64,000 nt of DNA from Planctomycetota bacterium (GCA_036338595.1 JAYZBV010000015.1:14103-78102); one strand, 5' to 3'; shown: positions 19,923 through 29,549, counted from the first letter of the stretch. Notes: generated by a model not told the origin, from the letters alone. Translations and numbers: made by a program.

Positions 19923-21758
19923 GTGATGAACCGCAGTCTCAAGCGCCTTCGCAGCGCACTGCTCGCGGTACTTTTCACCGTGATCGGTACCCATGCCTTC
20001 GCACAGAATTCACTGACCATCACAGATGGACAGTCGGCAGGACTCGCTTCCGAGACATTGAGCGTCCTCATGGATGCCGATGATTCGGTCGAGGGTTTCG
20101 TTCTAGCCATCACCTTTGACAGTGCCTTGCTGTCGGTGAGCGACATTGTCGCAGGATCTGCTACTCTTGCAGCTTCTGCAGAGTTGATCGTTCCGGAAAC
20201 TCTTCCGGGCGGTTTCACGCTTGGAGTCGTTGTGGATGCGACTGCACCATTTGACGGCCAGGAAATATCTGCCGGTACGGATCTGCAGATTGCGGCCTTC
20301 ACGCTCACACCCCAGACCATCGTGACAACGGATACTCAGAGCGCCGTTGAGTTTTCAGACGGTGTTTTGAACAATCCGCCGCTGTCCAATCTGCTGGTGC
20401 AGAATGGTCAGAGTATCGATGCCTCCAGTGGCCTCGGACTCAACAACGGAACGATGACTCTGCTTCCTCCTCCTCCTGACAGCATGCGCATCGAGTCGAT
20501 TTCGTTCGATTCCGATTCCTCGGGTGCGGCTCGCGTTCTGCTCTCCAACTCCAGTGGAGCAGTTCAGGGATTCGTTCTCGCTGTTGCACATGATTCGGCA
20601 GTGGTGACACTCCAGGGGATCACCCTTGGTGCAGAGACCCTCGCTGCCGGCGCTGAACTGGTCGTTCCTGAGTTGTACTCCAACGGTGGAACTCTTGGAG
20701 TGGTGCTCGATTTCGAGAGCCCGTTCGATGGCCAGAGCATTCCGACAGGAGATGACAACCACATCGCCAGTTTCAGCTACTCGTCCAACTCGGTCATCGA
20801 GAATCCGGACCCATCGGTATTCACTTCTGTCGACCTCGTCGACAACCAGCTCGGAAGCCCCTTGCTGGACAATGTGATCGTGGTTTCGGGCCTTTCCATC
20901 AGCCCCTCTCTTGAGGGCGGAACCCTGGAGTTGCTGGGAATCACGATCCCGGTCAACGACACGGCGTTCTACATCGGTCAGCGGGACTTCCCGGAGACCG
21001 GTACCAATGGTGGACTGGGTTTCCCCGGCCAGGAGATCGAGTTCTGTTTCTTCTACAGCGATCCGAACGACAACATTCAGGGTGTCCAGATGGCCGTCTG
21101 CTACGACGACCTGATTCTGATCGACGGTACCTTCACCATTGAAGGTTCCATCGCTGACGAACTGGGTGCTGAATTTGTCAACTACCAGATCGATAACGAT
21201 GACAACGACGGTGACGGCCGCGAGCTGGTCGCCGGTATTCTCATGGACGCTCTTCCACCCTTCGAGAACCAGCAGCTCCCTTCCACGGTCGAGCCGCTGA
21301 TGATCGCCTGCGTGCAGGCTGAAGTTGACAGTGGAGCGGCTTGTGGTGATACGTTCAGCATCGATTTCTGCGACGGAATCAATGGAAACGGCATGGTCCC
21401 GATCAACAACCTCGTTGTTATCGAGTACCAGTCGGTTCAGTCCTTCGAGCGCTACGGTGCCACCTACGAGATCATTCCAGTTCCCGCTTTCCAGCGTGGC
21501 GACTGCAACACCGATACGAAGGTCGACCTCGCCGACGCAGCCACTGTGATCGCCAGCCAGTTCCAGGGATACGAGGTCGGATGCCTCGACGCCTGTGACG
21601 CCAATGACGATTCAGTAATAAACCTTGCAGATTCTGTTTACCTGCTCAACTTCCTGTTCAAGTTCGGTCCCACGCCTCCGGCGCCGGGTCCTTACACGCC
21701 GGGTGCTGACCCGACAGAGGATGACCTCGATTGCACTCTTCCGGCGTCTTGTAACTAA
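19923..21758 (+). CDS. Secreted array protein A4: 3 cohesin-like modules and dockerin-like module
   Basis: Leader ending AFA-Q; colinear with A1/A2; FQRGDCNTDTKVDLAD / DANDDSVINLAD; start 19923 or 19926. Confidence 0.75.
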   Translation: MMNRSLKRLRSALLAVLFTVIGTHAFAQNSLTITDGQSAGLASETLSVLMDADDSVEGFVLAITFDSALLSVSDIVAGSATLAASAELIVPETLPGGFTLGVVVDATAPFDGQEISAGTDLQIAAFTLTPQTIVTTDTQSAVEFSDGVLNNPPLSNLLVQNGQSIDASSGLGLNNGTMTLLPPPPDSMRIESISFDSDSSGAARVLLSNSSGAVQGFVLAVAHDSAVVTLQGITLGAETLAAGAELVVPELYSNGGTLGVVLDFESPFDGQSIPTGDDNHIASFSYSSNSVIENPDPSVFTSVDLVDNQLGSPLLDNVIVVSGLSISPSLEGGTLELLGITIPVNDTAFYIGQRDFPETGTNGGLGFPGQEIEFCFFYSDPNDNIQGVQMAVCYDDLILIDGTFTIEGSIADELGAEFVNYQIDNDDNDGDGRELVAGILMDALPPFENQQLPSTVEPLMIACVQAEVDSGAACGDTFSIDFCDGINGNGMVPINNLVVIEYQSVQSFERYGATYEIIPVPAFQRGDCNTDTKVDLADAATVIASQFQGYEVGCLDACDANDDSVINLADSVYLLNFLFKFGPTPPAPGPYTPGADPTEDDLDCTLPASCN

Positions 21759-21813
21759 CAACCGAACTAGGAACCCATAGAAAAGGACTTCCACACGGAA
21801 GTGGAGTAAGACA

Positions 21814-23118
21814 ATGAAAACAACCAAAGTTGCTCTCACCCTTGCCTTCGCGCTCCTGTTCGGAGCCCCGGCAATCGCACAGTACGACCTGACGCTCTCG
21901 AGCGCCTCCGGTGCCCCCGGATCCAGCGCAGACATTCAGGTCCTGCTGGACAACAACGGCGACGACATTCAGGGCTGGTCCTTCGGGGTCTGCCATGATG
22001 GCCTCGCTCTCAGCCTGACGGCTGTTGTCGACGGAGCCACCACCTCGACCGTGAAGAACGGTGGACCGCCTGACTTCAACCAGGTCAATGTGTTGGCTGC
22101 TGAGGGATTCACAGTCGGAGTTGTGATCTGTTTCACAGGCTGCGCTGTACTGCCTACTGCCACCACCGGCAACGAGTTGAATGTCGCCACCTACGATTTG
22201 ATCGGCGCCGCCGGAACCACCACGGATGTGGAATACTGTTCCACCATCGGTAGTCCTGCGGTCGAGATCCTGGTCGTGGTCGGTGGACAATCGATTCTTC
22301 CCTCGACATCCTCCGGCACCATCGAGTTGGTCTCCGGACCGCCACCCTTCGACTTCAGTACTGGGGATTACTCGCAAGATTATGACGGACTCACTGGTGA
22401 AGCTACTGTTTCGATCAGCCCGATGATTACCGAGAATCCGGATAACCCCGGTTTCCCCAACGATACCCAGGGATTTTCCATGGGTCTGTCGCACGATAGT
22501 GCAGTGCTGTCCCTTGACTCGGTGGTATGGAACAGCGCACTCGGATTTGACCCGGACTTCGCGAATGGGGACATGGGACTGGCCGGCGGCTGGACCATCG
22601 GAGTGGTGTACAGTTTCACAGGTCAGAATACTCTCGCCTTCGAGACTGCCACCGCGGTACTACTCGTTGACTACAGCACCGTTGCTTCTGGCCTCATTGA
22701 CCTCGAGACTCCGACGACCACGCCACTGGCCTGGTCCAACGACCTCGGATCCCCCCCGGTTGTGAACATCGTCGTGGTAGGCGGCAACAGTCTTGATCCG
22801 TCTCTCACGGATGGAACTGTGACCCTGAACCCGACTTACGCTCCGCCTGACACTCCGTTCGTCCGTGGCAACTGCAACGGCGACGATCGTGTAGACATCG
22901 CCGACGGTATCTGGATCCTCAACGAGATGTTCCAGAGCGGACCCGCTGGCACCTGCGCAGAGGCGTGCGATGCCAACTCTGACGACATGACCGATACCGC
23001 GGATGCAATCTTCGTGATCAGCTACCGGCTGCTCAGCGGCCCGATGCCCACTGCTCCGTTCCCGGAGTGTGGAATCGAAGAGGGAGCAGACTGCGAATCT
23101 GCTTCCAACTGCCCCTAA
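21814..23118 (+). CDS. Secreted array protein B5
   Basis: Leader ending AIA-Q; GWSFGVCHD, VICFTGC, DTQGFSMGLSHD; FVRGNCNGDDRVDIADGIW tail. Confidence 0.75.
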   Translation: MKTTKVALTLAFALLFGAPAIAQYDLTLSSASGAPGSSADIQVLLDNNGDDIQGWSFGVCHDGLALSLTAVVDGATTSTVKNGGPPDFNQVNVLAAEGFTVGVVICFTGCAVLPTATTGNELNVATYDLIGAAGTTTDVEYCSTIGSPAVEILVVVGGQSILPSTSSGTIELVSGPPPFDFSTGDYSQDYDGLTGEATVSISPMITENPDNPGFPNDTQGFSMGLSHDSAVLSLDSVVWNSALGFDPDFANGDMGLAGGWTIGVVYSFTGQNTLAFETATAVLLVDYSTVASGLIDLETPTTTPLAWSNDLGSPPVVNIVVVGGNSLDPSLTDGTVTLNPTYAPPDTPFVRGNCNGDDRVDIADGIWILNEMFQSGPAGTCAEACDANSDDMTDTADAIFVISYRLLSGPMPTAPFPECGIEEGADCESASNCP

Positions 23119-23153
23119 GCGAGAGAATCCAGGCTCTCCTGGACACACGGGAA

Positions 23154-23188
23154 GGTCCGATGCGGTTCGCCGCATCGGACCGTTTTTT
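23154..23188 (+). terminator. Intrinsic terminator after the A4-B5 pair
   Basis: GGTCCGATGCGG-ttcg-CCGCATCGGACC then G and T6; perfect 12-bp stem with UUCG loop. Confidence 0.92.
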
Positions 23189-23221
23189 GTGTGCGGGTTG
23201 GCCGGATAACCTGGACCTGTA

Positions 23222-23249
23222 TTGACGCTGGAATGGATCTGGATACGAT
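23222..23249 (+). promoter_or_regulatory. Candidate sigma70 promoter for the large lipoprotein
   Basis: TTGACG-N16-TACGAT just after the terminator. Confidence 0.35.
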
Positions 23250-23441
23250 GGAGGTAGCCTCGGGGATCACGCAACCGCCGGGTCTTGCCTGACATTCCTT
23301 CCGGAAGCTCCATCGTCGACGACCAGTCGAGACGGCCTGTGGTGCCGTGTCTCCAGGTTGTCAGAACCCGGTTTCATTTCAACCGGGAGAACCACAGGGT
23401 TTGGTATATCCGAGCCCGAGAACGACGACGGAGGCCGATCG

Positions 23442-26400
23442 ATGAAGATCGCCCTGATGAAAACACTCATGCTGCCGATGCTGGCGATGTTGCTGGTCAC
23501 GATCGGCTGCACCAATGCTCCCTCTGTGCCCTTCACCACTCCTTCCGATGGAGCCTTCAATGTGCCGGTAGGCACTGCCATCGAGGTGGCATTTTCCACT
23601 GCGATGGACTCTGCTTCGGCAACAGATCCTGCCAACTGGAGTATCCAGGCATCTCTTTCAGGAGTTCACTCTGCGGTGGGGGCACTGGATGCCGACCTGA
23701 GGGTTCTGACTCTGACTCCTGACGCACCCTTCCTCCAGGGAGAAACGGTCACCGTCAGCATCTCCGATGGAGTCAAGACTTCGGTGAACATTCCCATCGA
23801 TCCGATCTCAATCCAGTTCACCATCGAGGGAGCCGGGGCATCATCCGACGACTTCGAGCCATCGGATGACGAGTTCAGTCTGTTTCAACTGAACCCGACA
23901 ACCGGATCCGCCTCGATTCCGCTTCGTCCTTCGGTGACTGCTACATTTGATCTTCCATATCAGACAACGAGTGCCTCTTCTGCGGTGACCGTTCATGGCA
24001 CGAGGACCGGATGGAGGGATGTCCAGCTCGCCTTCCCCGGGCAGGTCGGTGGACTCACTGATTCGCTGCAGGTGCTGATCCCCGGAAATTCTCCGGAGCT
24101 CCATCCAGGAGAGTGGATGCAGGTGGTGTTCAATTCCAAATTGCTTTCCGAGATCCAGCACGATGAAGATGAACCCCGCTTCCTGAACCCTTATGTGGCA
24201 CGTCTCCGTGCTCGCCTGGGCCATGCGACCGGAGGCCTCGGGCCTCGTGAAGCGGTGTCTGCAGTGGGTACCGATCCGGTACTACTCGCGGAACTGGGTG
24301 AGTTCCTGCCCTACAGCGGGCTCGAGATGGTGGTCCTGCACAATTCTGGCTCGATTAAACTGCTGCGCAGTGGCGCGAGCGGCGAGGCATCTGCATGGAC
24401 ACTCCAGTCCGAGATGCAACTCGATTCCGCTCCGATTGCTGGAATGATCGTCGATATCGATGCCGATTCCCGTACAGAAGCTTTGATTTCCTGCGCCGAC
24501 GGAACGATTCGGATTGTAGGAGTACAAGGACAGGATCTGATCGAGGAGCAGGATCCGATCGACCTTCAGGGTGCGCTGATCGAGGTTCTTGCCTGGGCGG
24601 AACTCAACGGCGATGGTGTACCCGATCTCCTCGCTGGAGCGGCCGACGGATTGCGAATCATCCGCATGATCAGGAGCATCGACCCCGATACTTTTGAACT
24701 CATCGAGGAATTCACCGTGACCGGTTTATTGCCGCTCGGGGGACCTGTCGAATCGATCGCGGTCGCAGACTTCGATCGTGACGGTCGTATCGATGCTCTT
24801 GTCTCTGCAGGTGATGGATACTTGCTGCGCGGAGCGGGCACCGGGGCATTTCTCGAGGCGGCTCTCCTTTCGCCTGCACCTCAGGGAGAAGTTTGCATCG
24901 GTGATGTAGATGGCGATGGATGGATCGATGCAGTGGCCATTGCGGCCAGTGGCCTGACGATTCACCTGCATCCAGGGACTCTTCCAGAGCAATCCTGGGA
25001 GGGCATCCCGTATCTCACCGGTGGGCTGGTTCAGGACCTCGCTGTCGGTGAGGTCGACGGAGATCCTGTAGCCATCGATGACATCGTGGTGCTCCAGAGC
25101 GGCACGCTCGATCCTCTGACACTGATTCGACGACTCTCTGCCGACCTGGGCGATTCGGAACTGGTTTCGCTCGATTACAGCCAGGACCCCGGTGCAGGAT
25201 CGATCCTGCTGGCAGACAGCGATGGCGATCATGGCACCGATATTCTGCTTCAACTGTCTCAATCCGAGCCCTCTGGCGCACTTGCGTTGTGGAGGTCCGC
25301 AGCGGTGGTCAGTGCCGATGATTCGCAGTTGATCTTCAGTCTTCCTGCGCAGGTGACGGTGGGCCCTGGAGTGCCAGAGGTTGAAATCCCGCTCACCGCA
25401 GATTTCGAGCAGGATGTGACCCAGTTCATCGTTGCCATCGAGTTTGATCAGGAACTGCTGCAGATCGTCAGAATCGAGGCGGATCCAGCGACCTTCCCCT
25501 ACGGGGCGGTAAATATTGTCGAACACTTCGACCAGGAAAATGGAATCGCGGCTGCAGAACTCGACATCAACGGATACTTGCCCGCAGGCAATGGCACTCC
25601 ACTGGCGCGAATCGTTTTCCAACCGCAACCGAGCATGCTCGGTGAGGCGGTATACCAGCTGGCGGACGGGCTCGACATCGATGGCACTCCCTGGTCCAAT
25701 CAGGCAATTCTGAATACAGATGGCGCCCTCATTGCGGCAGAAATCTCAGGCGCCCAAGGCATCGTTTCCATCGAATCGACGACCCCTTCTCCAGAGGACC
25801 TGAGTTGCCTTGCTGTCTCGGTCGGAGGAATCGACGAGGTGATTCTCGAGTGGGCAAACCCGATCTCATACGATTCTCAGAGCGGCATCGAGATCCACAA
25901 GAATGGTTCCTTGCTGGCGACGCTCACCGGAGCGACGACCAGTTTCATCGATGAGGGTCCCGGCATCGGCACCATCGATTACTCCGTTGTCGGCGTTTCT
26001 GCAGGAATCGATTCCGTACCTGTCAGTTGCGAGGTCGTGCTGATTCCTGCACCGGTACTCCAGTGCCAGCGGCTCGTGAGTCTCCCGGAGCGAGTGTTTC
26101 TTTCCTGGGCATTTGTCGGAGGAACCTTCAGCTGGGAACTTCGCAGGGACGGAAACCTGATTGCCCAGTTGAACTCATCGATACTCACCTTCAATGACGA
26201 CATCGATCTGAATGCCCACGATTACGAACTGCGCTCCATCCAGGCTGGCCAGCAGAGTTCAGTAGGTGCTCCCTGCAGCGTCACCGATGCCGGGGGAGCA
26301 GGAACAGTGGCTCCATCGGATGTTACGGCGGTGCTGATCGGGGCTGACGATGTGAGGATCACCTGGTTCAACGGAGAATCGTACGACCAGATCGACCTGA

Positions 26401-28460
26401 TGGCCGATGGTATCCTCATCACCAGCCTCCCTGGAAGCTCGACCGAATACGAGGCGAGCGATCAGTTCCCCGGTCCTGTGGTCTACTCCGTACAGGCTCT
26501 CGGTGATGGTGGTGCCAGTACCGTTGCAAACGCCGCTGAAGTGAATGTACCCCTGGCCCCTCCAACTTCCGTTCAGTGCGAATCGTCGGGTGCCATCGTG
26601 GACCTGTCGTGGCAGAACGGCCCGGAGTCCTTCGACTACGACGAGATCGTGGTGGAGCGAACCGGAGGAGGATTCACCGATTTCTTCAATCTTGGCGGCA
26701 CCGAAACGAGTTTTTCTGATGATGCTGGAGCCGGTGAGTGGAACTACACGGTCGTCGGTTACTACTTCCATCAAGGCGCCAATCACCCTGCCCCCGGTGC
26801 CGCTTGTAGCATCTCCATCAGCGAGCGAGTCTTTTACGATCCGACCATCACTGTTGTCGGTAGGCCCTTCAGCATTGATCTCATGGGGCAATTGCTGGAA
26901 CAGACATCTGGCTGGATGATCGAACTCGATTACGACTCGACCCGCTTGGAGGACATTTCCGTGCTTGTACCGGGAGTGGCTCCTACGGGCGTCTCGACCA
27001 CCGACGAGCCGCTCGGCACCTTTGCGGGATTGCGTAGACTCACGATCCAGGTCGAGGGTGCGTCTGCTTCTGCGTCGAGTTCTGCGATTCTGGCGACTCT
27101 TTCCGGTACCGTGCCCGGTGACTTCACGCTACTCGGGTCGGCTCTTTGTCACCTCGTCAGTGCAACGCTGGAGCCTTCATCCGGAGCCCCGGCGACATCT
27201 CCTGCGCTGTTCGACGGAGGCGTCAACGTCTCGGGAAATGCTCTGTTTGTCGAACCTGCGATTCTCAACCCCGGTGAAGAGGTTGTGGTGTGGGCGCGCG
27301 GTGTCTGGCAGCAAGATCTGACCGGATACAGCGTGGTTCTGCAGTGGGATCCTTCGATCCTGACCTGTCTCGAGGTCAGTAACATCGGCACGGTGGGTGA
27401 GGACCTGAGTGGGCCCTTCTCTGCCTTCTTCTCGGGGATCGATGCTTCCGCAGGGACAGCATTTGGTTCCGTCATCTCTGCCTTCGACAGTATCCCGTCG
27501 TCGCTCTCGGCTGAACTGGGGTACTTCAGGTTCCTCGTCTCTCCCTCGGCCCCTCAAGGCCTGAGAACCGAGGTATTCTTTGGCGAGCACCAGACAGCCA
27601 ATTCCACTGTGACCAATCTTTTCGTCGATGATCAGGCAACCTCGATCACTCCGACAACCATGGGAGCCGAGTTCGAGGTGTTGTCCGATCCCCAGCCTCC
27701 AACGCTGCTCTCTATCGATCCAACTTCCGGTTCGACCGCAGGTGGAACCGAGGTGCTTTTCAATGGAACCGGATTCACGTCGGATACGACGGTCTTCTTC
27801 GGCGATCAGTCCGCGAGCGCTGTGATCTTCATCGATGCGGGTACGATACTCGCAACCACTCCCGCCGGGGCAGTCGGCAGCGTGGATGTTTCGGTGTTCA
27901 CTACCTACGGCTCCGCAACCTTGCCTCAGGGGTTCAGTTACTTCGAGACCAGCATCGATGGCTTTGATCCGGCCGAGTCTCCGCTGTGTGGAATGATCGA
28001 GATGTCGGTCACGGGATCGGGCCTCCCCGCAGGTCTTGGAGTGCTCTTCGGAACAGAGCCCGCGACTTCCGTGGTGGTCAGTCCAGACGGAACCAGCGCA
28101 ACGGTGGTGGTTCCCTCGTCCTATGATGCAGGACCAGTGGACCTGGTCTTCATCGACGGATTTGGTTCAGTGATGGAGACCTTCAGCGGCGGATTTACCT
28201 ACATCGATGACGGCATCTTCTTGCGCGGGGATGTCACCTGTGACGGCTCGGTGAACATCGCTGATGTCTCATCGATTGCCGCATATGTCGCAGGTGCAGG
28301 GGTCACTCCGGTGATCCTCGATGCAGCAGACATCGACGACAATGGTGTGGTTCATATCGGCGACGCCGTGTTGTTGGCGAGTTTCCTCTTCTCTGGAGGA
28401 GCACCACCGGCGGCTCCGTTCCCCGATGCGGGAACCGATCCGACCCCCGACGGCCTCTAG
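23442..28460 (+). CDS. Large modular lipoprotein: Ig-like (Big_5-like), FG-GAP/VCBS repeats, ~3 cohesin-like, Fn3-like repeats, 2 IPT/TIG, dockerin-like tail
   Basis: Start at MKIALMK after GGAGG; lipobox-like VTIG-C; TPSDGAFNVPVGTAIEVAFS; DFDRDGRIDA / GDVDGDGWIDA; IDPTSGSTAGGTEVLFNGTGF; FLRGDVTCDGSVNIAD. Confidence 0.75.
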   Translation: MKIALMKTLMLPMLAMLLVTIGCTNAPSVPFTTPSDGAFNVPVGTAIEVAFSTAMDSASATDPANWSIQASLSGVHSAVGALDADLRVLTLTPDAPFLQGETVTVSISDGVKTSVNIPIDPISIQFTIEGAGASSDDFEPSDDEFSLFQLNPTTGSASIPLRPSVTATFDLPYQTTSASSAVTVHGTRTGWRDVQLAFPGQVGGLTDSLQVLIPGNSPELHPGEWMQVVFNSKLLSEIQHDEDEPRFLNPYVARLRARLGHATGGLGPREAVSAVGTDPVLLAELGEFLPYSGLEMVVLHNSGSIKLLRSGASGEASAWTLQSEMQLDSAPIAGMIVDIDADSRTEALISCADGTIRIVGVQGQDLIEEQDPIDLQGALIEVLAWAELNGDGVPDLLAGAADGLRIIRMIRSIDPDTFELIEEFTVTGLLPLGGPVESIAVADFDRDGRIDALVSAGDGYLLRGAGTGAFLEAALLSPAPQGEVCIGDVDGDGWIDAVAIAASGLTIHLHPGTLPEQSWEGIPYLTGGLVQDLAVGEVDGDPVAIDDIVVLQSGTLDPLTLIRRLSADLGDSELVSLDYSQDPGAGSILLADSDGDHGTDILLQLSQSEPSGALALWRSAAVVSADDSQLIFSLPAQVTVGPGVPEVEIPLTADFEQDVTQFIVAIEFDQELLQIVRIEADPATFPYGAVNIVEHFDQENGIAAAELDINGYLPAGNGTPLARIVFQPQPSMLGEAVYQLADGLDIDGTPWSNQAILNTDGALIAAEISGAQGIVSIESTTPSPEDLSCLAVSVGGIDEVILEWANPISYDSQSGIEIHKNGSLLATLTGATTSFIDEGPGIGTIDYSVVGVSAGIDSVPVSCEVVLIPAPVLQCQRLVSLPERVFLSWAFVGGTFSWELRRDGNLIAQLNSSILTFNDDIDLNAHDYELRSIQAGQQSSVGAPCSVTDAGGAGTVAPSDVTAVLIGADDVRITWFNGESYDQIDLMADGILITSLPGSSTEYEASDQFPGPVVYSVQALGDGGASTVANAAEVNVPLAPPTSVQCESSGAIVDLSWQNGPESFDYDEIVVERTGGGFTDFFNLGGTETSFSDDAGAGEWNYTVVGYYFHQGANHPAPGAACSISISERVFYDPTITVVGRPFSIDLMGQLLEQTSGWMIELDYDSTRLEDISVLVPGVAPTGVSTTDEPLGTFAGLRRLTIQVEGASASASSSAILATLSGTVPGDFTLLGSALCHLVSATLEPSSGAPATSPALFDGGVNVSGNALFVEPAILNPGEEVVVWARGVWQQDLTGYSVVLQWDPSILTCLEVSNIGTVGEDLSGPFSAFFSGIDASAGTAFGSVISAFDSIPSSLSAELGYFRFLVSPSAPQGLRTEVFFGEHQTANSTVTNLFVDDQATSITPTTMGAEFEVLSDPQPPTLLSIDPTSGSTAGGTEVLFNGTGFTSDTTVFFGDQSASAVIFIDAGTILATTPAGAVGSVDVSVFTTYGSATLPQGFSYFETSIDGFDPAESPLCGMIEMSVTGSGLPAGLGVLFGTEPATSVVVSPDGTSATVVVPSSYDAGPVDLVFIDGFGSVMETFSGGFTYIDDGIFLRGDVTCDGSVNIADVSSIAAYVAGAGVTPVILDAADIDDNGVVHIGDAVLLASFLFSGGAPPAAPFPDAGTDPTPDGL

Positions 28461-28590
28461 CTTCGATCCCGGTCCAGATCCGGTCCTTGCAGGGCCCGGC
28501 CACCCTTTACCGGGTTGTCGGGCTCTTCATCATCGAGGATCTCTGTGATGCAGGTCAGTGGCAGTCAGTTCGAACCAGCAAGGCGTTTTC

Positions 28591-29352
28591 ATGCGCGAAA
28601 AAAAACACAAATCCGTGGTTTGTGACCTCGAAGATGGAGAGTTGCTGCAACTACTCGGTATTCATGGGTCGAGTGGATGTGGATCGAGTGGATCGAGTGG
28701 AGCCAGTGGCACCAGTGGCTTCATCGATTCCAGGGAAAGAACGGGAAGGTCCGAGCGACCCATCGATTCAATTCAACTCTGCCTCGATCGTCTTGGAAAT
28801 GCAGATCCCTGCGATTTCCTTTCGATTCAAGGAGTGGGTCTCACACGGGCGAAGCAACTGGCTGCTGCCGTCGAGGTGGGGCGAAGAGCGGCTCTTCCTC
28901 GCTGGCGAAATGGCACACGTTTCGAGGATCCAAAGCAGGTCTATCAGCATTGTGCCAGGAGGTTGGCCACTCAGAAGCGGGAGTGCTTCCTGGTGCTGAT
29001 GCTCGATGCGAGGAATCGGCTCTGTGGTGAATGGACCGTCTCCATCGGATCACTCCAGAGCAGTATCGTGCATCCGAGGGAGGTTTTCAGCGAGGCGATC
29101 CGAGATTCGGCATCCTCGATCATCGCCGTCCATAATCATCCGTCTGGTGATCCGGGACACAGCGAAGAAGATCTCGCAGTGACGCGGAGGTTACACCGCT
29201 GTGGTCGACTGCTGGGGATCGAACTGATCGACCATGTGATCGTCGGTCGTGGCGAATGGCGTTCGCTCAGAGACGAGGGGCTGGGTCCCTGGTCCAGCGG
29301 ATCGGGAGCGGGTCGAGCCGCTACGATCGGGGCCTCACGAAGGGTGAATTGA
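28591..29352 (+). CDS. radC: RadC family JAB-domain protein
   Basis: GVGLTRAKQL, SIGSLQSSIVHPREVF, HNHPSGDP..SEED, LIDHVIV; start at MREKK (the track starts at GTG 28558). Confidence 0.9.
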   Translation: MREKKHKSVVCDLEDGELLQLLGIHGSSGCGSSGSSGASGTSGFIDSRERTGRSERPIDSIQLCLDRLGNADPCDFLSIQGVGLTRAKQLAAAVEVGRRAALPRWRNGTRFEDPKQVYQHCARRLATQKRECFLVLMLDARNRLCGEWTVSIGSLQSSIVHPREVFSEAIRDSASSIIAVHNHPSGDPGHSEEDLAVTRRLHRCGRLLGIELIDHVIVGRGEWRSLRDEGLGPWSSGSGAGRAATIGASRRVN

Positions 29353-29549
29353 GCCGATGCCTTGAACTCCGGGGAAAATGCGGGCCTCTCTCGCTTCTGA
29401 TCCGTGGCCGGGCTTCGCTGGAAACATCCTGTACAGCGGGTACCATCCGGTCTGCCCTCCGGGGCGCGTTCGCAGGGTCACGGTTCTTGCCAGGATTTGC
29501 CGTCCTGTCAGAGCCTCGGTGGAGAAGAGTTGGAGAGAGCAAGGGGACG

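Noticed and set aside
7268..23118. Paralog array as a diversity-generating retroelement or shufflon
   Set aside because: No reverse transcriptase or recombinase seen, all genes co-oriented, and differences are mostly synonymous rather than adenine-specific.
7268..28460. Classical cellulosome call
   Set aside because: No glycoside hydrolase, CBM3 or SLH domain recognised, and every subunit carries both module types.
29256..29549. N-terminal extension of the metallophosphoesterase, or an ncRNA in this gap
   Set aside because: The extension overlaps radC and lacks family similarity; no RNA family was recognisable by eye.
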